From the IMG/VR virus record IMGVR_UViG_3300044977_000070, positions 1 to 64,000 of that record: DNA of 64,000 nucleotides; one strand, 5' to 3'. The stretch is from a virus. Below are positions 14,535-22,908 of the stretch, one piece after another (the stretch's first letter is position 1; the number at the start of each line of letters is the position of its first letter). The translations under genes were made by a program, and so were the position numbers. The notes below the pieces were generated by a model, which was not told the DNA's origin, did no database searches, and worked only from the letters and a program-made list of their open reading frames with translations.

Positions 14535-16832
14535 ATGTCCAAGGTTGCTGCTCACGTGCCGCTGCGCAAGGCAGCGAGCCCTCAGCCTGTTATCAAGAAC
14601 AAGATACACAGGCCGATCCCTCACCGTCCCCACGCCACGTTGCCGGGCGGTAAACCGAAGAATCCCAACATCCAACGCCCCGAGAAAATGGAACGCCCTG
14701 CCATAGACACGGCTGTTGCTGCGACGATTACGCCGCCGCCCTCGTCTGTTCCCACGGCTGGGAAGAAACCCGTCACCAAGGAAAAGCCGCATGAGCCCGC
14801 GCCGTCCTTGGGCAGGGATAGGGAACCCGAGGCGGCGGGACTCATTCTGCGGGCCTGGGCGACAGGGAATGCGTTGTGGATCAAGCGTGGAAAGAAGGGC
14901 GATCATGTCGGCGAGTGGGCATTCCCGGGTGGAGGCATTGAAAAAGGGGAGTCGCCAGTTATTGCAGCTATTAGAGAAACTCGAGAGGAAACAGGATTTA
15001 TCAATGAGTCAGAGGAAACGCCTTCTCATATTGGAACGTTCAATACTGGGGATGTTGAGTTTGCCCTTTATGAGTTGAAGGTAAACAACGAGTTCATTCC
15101 GACATTGAATGACGAGAGTGACGCCTGGGCGTGGGCGCCGTTGGATGATCCGCCGCAACCTGTCCACACTGGGTTGAAGAAAAGCAGCGTAACTGGGGAT
15201 TCTTTTTTCAAGGACGGGCGGAAGTATTCAGACGAGGATGAATATGATTCCGAAAGGGAACAGGAAGAGATAAGAGCAAAGAAGGCTCAGGACAAGCAAC
15301 TCGCCGACGACGTGGAAAGCACAGGCCCCGCCTCCCCCGAGAAGATCGAGGCTATCAAGCGTGCCGTCTATCAGGCAGCAAACGAGCTCGGATTCCCTAC
15401 CGATAAGATCAAGATTGTCAATAAGTCGGAGCCGCACGATATCGCAACTATGTTCGACCCACGCGGCACGAAGGCGAGTTATGATTTCGATACGGGCGAA
15501 ATGATTTTTTATCCGCCCGGGTTGAAGAGCGACAGGATGGAATATATCCTGCCGATCTTCCGGCATGAATTAATGCATATGAAGTTCGAACAGTTCCTTA
15601 AAAGCCTGAAGACGAATCCGCATTTGCAGCGGTCATACGAAAGTATTATTAGCGATCCTTACAGTTTGTATGTAGGCGCGCGGGATGTTTCCAACTATGC
15701 GGACGTGTCATTCGAGCGGTATCGTCATGGCGACTCCCAACTCAAGGACGCGTTGCACGAGACGCTTGCCGACATGGTGAAATACGATCGCAAGAATACG
15801 CGCAGCAAGCCGCTCAATGCGCTTTATGCTCTCGTCGAGGAGAGTTCGAAAATGAATAAGCAGGCCAAGGACGCAAATATTCTTTTTGAGAAGGGCGGCT
15901 TTTATATTATTGGAACACCACAAGGTGGTTATGAGGTATATCGTAATGAGGGAGTTGCCGCCGTACGGGTGGCGCAGATTGGAAAAGGCTTCCCCAATGC
16001 GTTTGAACGAGCAAAACAAGAAATAGACCGTCGTGCAAAAGACAGTGCTATGGACTCTGATTACGAGGAAGTCGCGCACAACGGACGCCTCCCACGACTG
16101 GAGGCGCGAACATTCGGCTCGTTTGTTGGTCCTGTTATCAAGCCAAATCGCGGATCGTTCAAGGCAACGCCCGAGACGTTACATAGGGGACAGTTTGCTG
16201 GCGACGCAAGACTTTACTATCGCAAGAAGGTCGAGTCTGTCATTGCCATGGATAAGTCGCGTGTCGTACTGATCCGTGCAGAAGGCAATTTGAGATTCGC
16301 TCGCCTCGCCCTTGACGAAAGCATGCGGTCATACGACTTCGACGGTCGTTTGCATGTAAAACTTGCGAATATTAGTAAGGCGACAGTTAATCCATATGTC
16401 GGCAATGAAATCCCCGACTTTAAGAAACTTGGCTTGGATCCGAACAAGATTTATTACCTCTATCGTGATCCCGAAGAGTTGGAGAAGGGCGCCGCTACAT
16501 TCAACCTGCTTCCCTTGCTTTCAGAACACCAACCTGTTACGGCTAATACCCATGATCAGAAGCTTGTCGTGGGGTCGACGGGAACAGACGCAAATTTCGA
16601 AGCGCCGTTTTTGCGTAACAGTCTCGTCATTTGGCCGGAGGCGGATATCAAGAAGATCGAGAAGAACGATAAGCGGCAAATTTCGTGTGGGTATCGATAC
16701 ACGCCCGACATGACGCCGGGGGTTTCCCCTGCGGGCGAACGATACGATGGGGTTATGCGGGATATAGTTGGTAACCATGTCGCTCTCGTTTCAGAGGGAC
16801 GCGCCGGCAAAGACGTAACGATTGAGCAGTAA
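14535..16832 (+). CDS. Nudix hydrolase + HExxH region + DUF2213-like (prohead protease/scaffold-type) fusion protein
   Basis: 765 aa. Complete Nudix box GGIEKGESPVIAAIRETREETGF (nt 14931-14999). HELMH at nt 15564-15578. The C-terminal 200 aa or so (NPYVGNEIPD ... LLSEHQPV ... GNHVALVSEGRAG) resemble DUF2213 phage proteins. Confidence 0.72.
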   Translation: MSKVAAHVPLRKAASPQPVIKNKIHRPIPHRPHATLPGGKPKNPNIQRPEKMERPAIDTAVAATITPPPSSVPTAGKKPVTKEKPHEPAPSLGRDREPEAAGLILRAWATGNALWIKRGKKGDHVGEWAFPGGGIEKGESPVIAAIRETREETGFINESEETPSHIGTFNTGDVEFALYELKVNNEFIPTLNDESDAWAWAPLDDPPQPVHTGLKKSSVTGDSFFKDGRKYSDEDEYDSEREQEEIRAKKAQDKQLADDVESTGPASPEKIEAIKRAVYQAANELGFPTDKIKIVNKSEPHDIATMFDPRGTKASYDFDTGEMIFYPPGLKSDRMEYILPIFRHELMHMKFEQFLKSLKTNPHLQRSYESIISDPYSLYVGARDVSNYADVSFERYRHGDSQLKDALHETLADMVKYDRKNTRSKPLNALYALVEESSKMNKQAKDANILFEKGGFYIIGTPQGGYEVYRNEGVAAVRVAQIGKGFPNAFERAKQEIDRRAKDSAMDSDYEEVAHNGRLPRLEARTFGSFVGPVIKPNRGSFKATPETLHRGQFAGDARLYYRKKVESVIAMDKSRVVLIRAEGNLRFARLALDESMRSYDFDGRLHVKLANISKATVNPYVGNEIPDFKKLGLDPNKIYYLYRDPEELEKGAATFNLLPLLSEHQPVTANTHDQKLVVGSTGTDANFEAPFLRNSLVIWPEADIKKIEKNDKRQISCGYRYTPDMTPGVSPAGERYDGVMRDIVGNHVALVSEGRAGKDVTIEQ

Positions 16833-16942
16833 ATAAGTTTTATTAAATCATAGAAATATGACTACCAAAAAGTAGTTATATAAACCGCTTGCGTGCGTAG
16901 TGTAACGCCAGCAAATACTCTAACTGAAGAAAGGAGCGTATC

Positions 16943-18310
16943 ATGGCAAAGACCATGACGCGCCAAGCAGCACGTACAATCGCGGCTGTCGTGCCTTTCG
17001 TTAAGGCGAAGCTGGCGCAGGACGAAGCGGTTGATTTCACGAAGTTGCTTGCGGGCGTCAAAGCGGAAACGTTTACCGACCAGAAGCCAAAACTCCTGGA
17101 AGGAATCCGTAAGCTCACCAAAGGCAAGTTGGCACAAGACGCCTCTATTGGCGAACTTGCTGAGATGCTCGACCTTCTCGATTCTCATGGCGTCGAGCAG
17201 GACGAGGACGTATCAGAGGCGCAGCACGAAGCCATGATGGCAACGGCTCAAGGAAAAGGAGACCGCAAGATGCGAGGACGACATGCTGACGATCGGCGTC
17301 GTCATGCTGATGACCGAAGGCGTGCAGACGATCGCCGGCATGCCGACGACGAGCACGAGGATCACGAGGAGGTGGATCGGACGTCCCAGGAGTTCCATGG
17401 GGGTGGTGGGGAGGATCGTCGCCGAGGCGCTCGTGACCGTCGCGCCGATGACATGAACCAGGGTGAGATTGAGCGTGAGCACCAGCCCTTCCGCGAGGGC
17501 GAGGATATGGGCGAGCCGGACGATTATGACGATCCGACTGAGTTCACCATGAAGCGTCGGGACGCGGCGGACGAGGAAGAGGAAGAGGAGTTCGAGTCCC
17601 CCGGCGAGAAGTTGGAAGACCTGGGTGCCGAGACGGGCGAGGATGATTTCGAGGCTGGGCAGCCCCATGCCGAGGAGACGCGCAGCAACGAGTACGAGTG
17701 GCGCCGCGGCTCAATGAAGGGGCCCGTCACTGACAAGCGTCGGGGAATGGACAGGCGACGCGGCATGGACAAGCGCTATGCGGACGATCGCCGGCATGCG
17801 GATGACAGGCGCAAGGGCATGGACAAGCGTCGGGCCGCCGACAAGCGTGGGCGGGCCATGGACGAACCCCCTCCGTTCAAGGGACGCCCGAATCCCGGGG
17901 GATCGATGGACAAGCGTCGGGCCATGGATCGCCGGGGCCACGCCCAGGACGCTAGGGAAACGGTAACACGCGTCGAAATGGAGGCCGCCATCCAGGCCGC
18001 GGCAAAGGCCGCCACCGCACGTGAGAGGGCGATACGGGACGCAGAACGTCGGGTCCAGCCGTATATCGGCAACGTCAATATGTCATTCGACAGCGCAAAC
18101 GCTGTTTACGAGCATGCGTTGAAGCTGTTGAAGATTGACACCAAGGGGGTGCACCCCTCTGCCTTCCCGACCCTGCTCAAGTATGCCCAGAAGCCAGGCG
18201 CCAACAACTCCAACCCGCGTCCGGCCATGGCGGCTGACTCCATCTCCCGCAACGGGACGCAATCCTTCTTCAACATGTTCCCCGACGCACGGCGGTTGCG
18301 TATCGGTTAA
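16943..18310 (+). CDS. putative scaffolding protein with Arg/Asp tandem repeats
   Basis: 455 aa with an AAGGAG ribosome-binding site. It lies between the DUF2213-like gene and the capsid genes and is highly charged. Confidence 0.5.
   Translation: MAKTMTRQAARTIAAVVPFVKAKLAQDEAVDFTKLLAGVKAETFTDQKPKLLEGIRKLTKGKLAQDASIGELAEMLDLLDSHGVEQDEDVSEAQHEAMMATAQGKGDRKMRGRHADDRRRHADDRRRADDRRHADDEHEDHEEVDRTSQEFHGGGGEDRRRGARDRRADDMNQGEIEREHQPFREGEDMGEPDDYDDPTEFTMKRRDAADEEEEEEFESPGEKLEDLGAETGEDDFEAGQPHAEETRSNEYEWRRGSMKGPVTDKRRGMDRRRGMDKRYADDRRHADDRRKGMDKRRAADKRGRAMDEPPPFKGRPNPGGSMDKRRAMDRRGHAQDARETVTRVEMEAAIQAAAKAATARERAIRDAERRVQPYIGNVNMSFDSANAVYEHALKLLKIDTKGVHPSAFPTLLKYAQKPGANNSNPRPAMAADSISRNGTQSFFNMFPDARRLRIG
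17273..17941 (+). repeat. in-frame short tandem repeats (HADDRR and MDKRR types)
   Basis: RGRHADDRRRHADDRRRADDRRHADD (about 17273-17350) and KRRGMDRRRGMDKRYADDRRHADDRRKGMDKRRAADKRGRAMD...MDKRRAMDRRG (about 17732-17941). Confidence 0.8.
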
Positions 18311-18383
18311 GCGTTCGAGCGGCAAGTGACGGCGCTGGTAGTGTGGCGACGGCATAAGCAAAGACGATAAGGAGAAGTTTTCA

Positions 18384-19355
18384 ATGCCGTTTCCAAACCA
18401 AGTTAATGTGCAACCGGGGCCTGCCGTAGAAGGCGACTTCGCGAGCACAAACCCCCGCTATACGGTTGACGCAGGTCCGGGTGGACTCGTCGCCGGTCCG
18501 GCGGGCGTCACGGTTGGTCGTTTTGCGTGGGTGTCGGATCTGACTATCGACACGGACAACGCGCCGGCTACCGCCAATAACTTCGGCACCGGGATGCCCG
18601 CGGGCTTCGTCCACCGCGAGCAGCAGGGCCTCAACACGACCTATCTTGCCGAGGCAAGCATGGTTGTTCCGCAAGGGTTCCCGATCACGCTATTTAATGG
18701 CGGCGACTTCTGGGTGAAGAACGCCGGCACCACACAAGCGCTCGTCGGCATGTATGCCTATGCGAACTATGCAGATGGTCGCGTGACGTTCGGCGTTAGC
18801 AATCAGGCAAATATTGGTCTGAACTCGATAAACACCGCGTCTGTCACCGGTACCATTGCCGCAGGCTCTATCAACTTCTCCGGATTCATTTCGGGGAACG
18901 TCCTCACCGTTACGGGCTCCGTATCGGGCACGATCGTTGTCGGCGGCACGCTCACGGGCGGCACCGGCATGGCGGCCGGCACCCAGATCATTGGGCAGTT
19001 GTCAGGAACGCCGGGAGGTGTGGGCACGTATGCCCTCAATATCCCGGAGCAGACCGTTAACAATGGATCAAACTCCGTTATTATTACGGAGACGTACGGC
19101 GTCTTGAACGTCACAGCGGTGACGGGAACGGTAGGTGTCGGCGACGTCTTGTCGGGAACGGGGATAACCGTAGGCACTACAATCACGGCGTTGGGCACGG
19201 GTTCGGGAGGTACCGGGACGTATATCGTCAATATCACCCAGACCGTGAGTTCCTCCACTTGGACTGTGGCGACCAACATACAAACCAAGTGGATCGCAAT
19301 GTCCGCAGGCAATGCCGGCGAACTTGTGAAAATAAGTAACGCGGTCTATGCGTAA
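18384..19355 (+). CDS. capsid decoration/cement-like protein carrying two copies of a ~60-aa Gly/Thr-rich domain
   Basis: 323 aa immediately upstream of the major capsid gene. The N-terminus is [24 protein letters not shown]. The two inserted domains are at nt 18870-19061 and 19089-19253. Confidence 0.5.
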   Translation: MPFPNQVNVQPGPAVEGDFASTNPRYTVDAGPGGLVAGPAGVTVGRFAWVSDLTIDTDNAPATANNFGTGMPAGFVHREQQGLNTTYLAEASMVVPQGFPITLFNGGDFWVKNAGTTQALVGMYAYANYADGRVTFGVSNQANIGLNSINTASVTGTIAAGSINFSGFISGNVLTVTGSVSGTIVVGGTLTGGTGMAAGTQIIGQLSGTPGGVGTYALNIPEQTVNNGSNSVIITETYGVLNVTAVTGTVGVGDVLSGTGITVGTTITALGTGSGGTGTYIVNITQTVSSSTWTVATNIQTKWIAMSAGNAGELVKISNAVYA

Positions 19356-19389
19356 CGCCGCCGCGCTTGAACCTACGGAGTAGCCCACA

Positions 19390-20490
19390 ATGAACCTTCA
19401 AGAAGCAATGTCAGCATGGCAAAGTCATTTGCCGATGCTGCGCGACCGCGGCGTCAACTTTGCCACCGGCGCGCAGCCATCCGCCTACACGCCGGATGAG
19501 TTCCGATACGACGTGAACCTCGCCATGGACACGATCCCGGCGATTATCACGACAGCGAACTCGTCCGTGCCTGCGTTCCTCACTACCATGATGGACCCGC
19601 AGGTATTCAAAATCCTGTTTGCCCCGAATAGGGCCGCGATCATTCTTGGCGAACAGCGCAAGGGCACCTGGTTGGATGAGACCGCCATGTTCCCGACCGT
19701 TGAGCACACGGGCGAGGTGAGCTCATACGGTGACTTCAATGAGAACGGCCGCACCGGCGTCAATACGGTTTGGCCCCAACGGCAGGCGTACCTGTTCCAG
19801 ACAATCAAGGAATACGGGGACCGCGAACTCGAACGTGCGGGCCTCGCCAAGATCAATTGGGTCGGGGAAATCGATATCGCCTCCGCTACCGTGATCAACA
19901 AGTTTACCAACCTTGCCTACTTCTACGGGATTGGGGGCTTGCAAAATTACGGCCTGCTGAACGACCCGACCCTGACCGCGGCTCTTACCCCTGCCGCCAA
20001 GGCGAACGGGGGCACCAAGTGGTTCACGGCGTCGGGCTCGATCAATGCGACGGCAAACGAGGTCTATAACGACATCCAGGCGATGTTCTACCAACTCGTC
20101 CTGCAAACGTCGGGCCTTGTCGAGGCGGACAGCAAACTCGTGCTGGCAATGTCGCCGCAATCGGAAGTCGCTTTGACAGCAACCAATTCGTTCAACGTGA
20201 ACGTATTTGATTTGCTGAAAAAGAACTTCCCAAATATCCGGTTCGAGACGGCAGTGCAATACGGCGTCATCTCGTCCTCGAACCCGCAGGGACAGGCGAC
20301 AGGCAATCTCGTCCAGCTCCTTGCGGAGGATATCGAGGGGCAGGACACGGGGTATTGCGCGTTCAATGAGAAGATGTACGCGCAGCCGATCGTCCGGCAC
20401 CTGTCCAGCTATCGACAGAAGGTCGTGGCGGGAGTTTGGGGAGCCGTGATAAGGCAACCTTTCGCAATCGTCTCCCTTTTGGGGGTCTAA
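19390..20490 (+). CDS. major capsid protein (DUF2184-like)
   Basis: 366 aa. Position (after protease/scaffold) and size fit, and the sequence style recalls DUF2184-type capsid proteins. No search was done. Confidence 0.7.
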   Translation: MNLQEAMSAWQSHLPMLRDRGVNFATGAQPSAYTPDEFRYDVNLAMDTIPAIITTANSSVPAFLTTMMDPQVFKILFAPNRAAIILGEQRKGTWLDETAMFPTVEHTGEVSSYGDFNENGRTGVNTVWPQRQAYLFQTIKEYGDRELERAGLAKINWVGEIDIASATVINKFTNLAYFYGIGGLQNYGLLNDPTLTAALTPAAKANGGTKWFTASGSINATANEVYNDIQAMFYQLVLQTSGLVEADSKLVLAMSPQSEVALTATNSFNVNVFDLLKKNFPNIRFETAVQYGVISSSNPQGQATGNLVQLLAEDIEGQDTGYCAFNEKMYAQPIVRHLSSYRQKVVAGVWGAVIRQPFAIVSLLGV

Positions 20491-20503
20491 GCGAAATGAG
20501 AAG

Positions 20504-20525
20504 GGGCGGGGTCAATGCCCCGCCC
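20504..20525. terminator. bidirectional intrinsic terminator between convergent genes
   Basis: GGGCGGGG (20504-20511), loop TCAATG, then CCCCGCCC (20518-25). T-rich tracts lie on both sides in the respective transcript senses. Confidence 0.6.
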
Positions 20526-20551
20526 TTGTTCGAAACGCAATGAAACGAAAA

Positions 20552-20737
20552 TCAATAAGTCTCTTGTATCGCCTCGATCAGTTTGCGTGCGAAAGGCTGA
20601 CGCGTCACGTCCCGAAACGATCGCGGATAGGCAACTACGTATTCGCCGATGGCGTCGTGTAGGGCCTGTCGATCCTCCGGTGATGCGTTCTCGATGATTA
20701 CTTGCAACGCCATTGCGATTTTGTCGGACGCGTTCAT
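20552..20737 (-). CDS. hypothetical protein (minus-strand cassette gene 5)
   Basis: 61-aa ORF, last gene of a 5-gene minus-strand block. Confidence 0.45.
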   Translation of the reverse strand: MNASDKIAMALQVIIENASPEDRQALHDAIGEYVVAYPRSFRDVTRQPFARKLIEAIQETY

Positions 20738-20752
20738 TTCGATTTCCTCCCT

Positions 20753-20968
20753 TCAGGCAACGTTATCGCGCTGACGACGCATCGCGCATTCTGCCTCTCT
20801 ATCGTACGCCTGCTGGGCGTCGCCGCTGTAACGGCCATGCCCGATCGAGATAGCGCCGTCTCCGCCTCCGACATATTCGTAAAAGCCATACGCAAAGGTA
20901 GGCATCTCGTGATACGGCGCGTAGCGCTCGATCTCTTCATTCGTCAGTTTCAACATTGTCGTTCCCAT
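20753..20968 (-). CDS. hypothetical protein (minus-strand cassette gene 4)
   Basis: The ORF is open to 21061. Likely start is MGTTMLKL at 20968 (GAGAGG upstream) or the ATG at 20956. Confidence 0.4.
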   Translation of the reverse strand: MGTTMLKLTNEEIERYAPYHEMPTFAYGFYEYVGGGDGAISIGHGRYSGDAQQAYDREAECAMRRQRDNVA

Positions 20969-21153
20969 CGATGAAGACCTCTCGTAAAACCGGGTATGTC
21001 GCGGCTGTGTTTGCTCACCGTTGCGCTGAAGACCCCCGGACGACGTTGTGCGGCATACCATTCACGACGTGCGTCGTCCTGCGACGCAAACTCACGGATG
21101 ATTTCTTGTCCGTTCTCGTCCAGCGTAAGACGGTAATACCTGGGATCGGTCAT
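20950..21153 (-). CDS. hypothetical protein (minus-strand cassette gene 3)
   Basis: 67 aa with a G-rich Shine-Dalgarno upstream. Confidence 0.4.
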   Translation of the reverse strand: MTDPRYYRLTLDENGQEIIREFASQDDARREWYAAQRRPGVFSATVSKHSRDIPGFTRGLHRWERQC

Positions 21154-21172
21154 TGTCTTTCCCCTCCCCCTT

Positions 21173-21373
21173 TCAAACCTTCACCACCTTGTTCTCGTGA
21201 TACGTCTTCACGTCTGCAAGGAACTTTCGAATCCCTGTCATGTCGTGTCTTTCGAATCCATCCCATTCCATATGATTGCTCTCGGCAATGTATTCCTTGA
21301 CGAGGTCACCGAGTTCCTTGCTGTCCAGGTTTTTAATGAATGTCTCGAACTCTGTCTCTGCACGAATGATCAT
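21173..21373 (-). CDS. hypothetical protein (minus-strand cassette gene 2)
   Basis: The ORF is open to 21397. The ATG at 21373 (MIIRAETEF) is preceded by AAGGGGGG. Confidence 0.4.
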   Translation of the reverse strand: MIIRAETEFETFIKNLDSKELGDLVKEYIAESNHMEWDGFERHDMTGIRKFLADVKTYHENKVVKV

Positions 21374-21386
21374 GTCGTTCCCCCCC

Positions 21387-21560
21387 TTATTCGGCAACCG
21401 ACGGCAGATGCAGCGAACCGATAATCATTCCGTACCAGGTGCAGCAAAGCGTGAAGCACAACAATGCCCAACCATCGCTATTGGCGACTGCGGCGAAGCT
21501 GGTGATCATCAGCGACAGAATGAACCAAATATGGATAAGGATTTTTGCCAAGGTCTTCAT
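21387..21560 (-). CDS. small membrane protein (minus-strand cassette gene 1)
   Basis: The ORF is open to 21584. The ATG at 21560 (MKTLAKILIHIWFILSLMI...) is preceded by AGGAG at an 8-nt spacing. Two hydrophobic helices. Confidence 0.45.
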   Translation of the reverse strand: MKTLAKILIHIWFILSLMITSFAAVANSDGWALLCFTLCCTWYGMIIGSLHLPSVAE

Positions 21561-21584
21561 TTCGTCGTCTCCTCTCGTTTCCAT

Positions 21585-21647
21585 GGGTTTAAATATAGCA
21601 CGCTTTTAACTTAAGGCAATAGGAAAAGCGAAAAGAAGTTAAAAATA
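21585..21647. promoter_or_regulatory. AT-rich divergent intergenic region
   Basis: 63 nt, markedly AT-rich (TTTAAATATAGCACGCTTTTAACTTAAGG...AAAAATA), between the minus-strand cassette and the resuming + strand genes. No confident -35/-10 pair identified. Confidence 0.3.
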
Positions 21648-21953
21648 ATGGGCGATACAGTCACGATTGCGTGTAAGTTACGCAATGGGCTCCAAATCGG
21701 CGGAATCGTCGTCCGGGGCTATTTCCAGGCAATCGGGGAACCCATACCCCCGGATTCGCTATATGGATATGCTCTTACGGAAAACTTTCCTAAACAGGCC
21801 TGGGACGAGTGGCACGCCCTTATGCAGGACGAGCCGCTCGTGGTCGGTAATCACGTCATGGCCGCCGAGTCCAAGGACGCCATTCGGCAATTGATCGCAC
21901 AACGGGTCGGGTATCGCAAGCGCGTGCTTGGCACCAAGGCCTACGGGGGTTAA
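21648..21953 (+). CDS. hypothetical protein, paralog of 22311..22889
   Basis: 101 aa. TVTIACKLRNGLQI and YGYALTENFPKQAWDEW match TVTVACKLPNGLILRI and NGYALTPNIPKEFWDIW in the paralog. Confidence 0.5.
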   Translation: MGDTVTIACKLRNGLQIGGIVVRGYFQAIGEPIPPDSLYGYALTENFPKQAWDEWHALMQDEPLVVGNHVMAAESKDAIRQLIAQRVGYRKRVLGTKAYGG

Positions 21954-21956
21954 CAA

Positions 21957-22298
21957 ATGGCACTCAATTCTTTCGCGTTTACGAACTCCTCGAATGCCTC
22001 GATATCGACGACGCCCCAAGCGTTTCAGGTGTCGGGTCCGACGATCCTCGTGACCAATATCGGCAATAACGTATGCTATGGGTCTTGCGGGGGTTCGGCA
22101 TCGACGACATTAAACCCAGCTGCTCAGATTTCCGGACAACCTGTCGGCGGGACGGGTGGGGGTAACTCGGGAGTCGGCGTCAATGGAATCCCGATCCCGC
22201 CTGGACAGCAGGTTATCCTTGCGACGGGCGGCAACGCATGGTTATGGCTCGCTACAGAAGTCGGGGTTACGGGTGTTAATATAGCAAACGGTACATAG
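21957..22298 (+). CDS. hypothetical Gly-rich protein
   Basis: 113-aa ORF. Confidence 0.45.
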   Translation: MALNSFAFTNSSNASISTTPQAFQVSGPTILVTNIGNNVCYGSCGGSASTTLNPAAQISGQPVGGTGGGNSGVGVNGIPIPPGQQVILATGGNAWLWLATEVGVTGVNIANGT

Positions 22299-22310
22299 GA
22301 GTAAAAGCAA

Positions 22311-22889
22311 ATGGCTGAGAGACGAATGTTGAAACAGGTCCCGCGTAAGCCAATGGGCAATATCGGGGCGAGACGTGCGGGCAGGGAGGAGGCAGTACGC
22401 ACTGTTACCGTCGCCTGCAAATTGCCGAATGGGCTTATCCTGCGAATCTTTGACTTCGTGAACGAGCCCGAGCCTGGTCCCGGAGGCGTGCGCATGGTGC
22501 CGGTGGCAAAGCCCCGGGAACAGCGTTTCGTCGTCAAGGGCAATCGTTTGCCGTTCGGCACCGTCCCTGACTTCCAAATGACGGCGAACAATAATGGCTA
22601 CGCCCTCACCCCGAATATTCCCAAGGAGTTCTGGGATATTTGGGCGGAGCAGAATAAGGACGCCGACATAGTTCGCAATAAACTCATATTCGCCTATGAG
22701 CGGATGGCGGACGTCCAGACCGTCGCGAGGGAAAACGAGAAGCGACGATCCGGGCTCGAACCCCTCGATCCTGCCAATCTGCCCATGCGACAGGTCGCTA
22801 CCGATGAGCAGACGGCGAAGACATTGAAAATCGACGCCAAGGAACCACGTCCGATCAATCGCGGCTCGCGCACGGACGAGGCGGCATAA
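22311..22889 (+). CDS. hypothetical protein, paralog of 21648..21953
   Basis: 192 aa. Shared blocks are listed under 21648..21953. Confidence 0.5.
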   Translation: MAERRMLKQVPRKPMGNIGARRAGREEAVRTVTVACKLPNGLILRIFDFVNEPEPGPGGVRMVPVAKPREQRFVVKGNRLPFGTVPDFQMTANNNGYALTPNIPKEFWDIWAEQNKDADIVRNKLIFAYERMADVQTVARENEKRRSGLEPLDPANLPMRQVATDEQTAKTLKIDAKEPRPINRGSRTDEAA

Positions 22890-22908
22890 AAGAGAAAAGG
22901 AGTAGGTC

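Noticed and set aside
17590-17599. tRNA T-arm-like GTTCGAGTCC string.
   Set aside because: It lies inside the poly-Glu coding segment of the scaffold-like ORF, and no acceptor or anticodon stems can be drawn around it. I saw no other tRNA-like cloverleaf in the intergenic regions.
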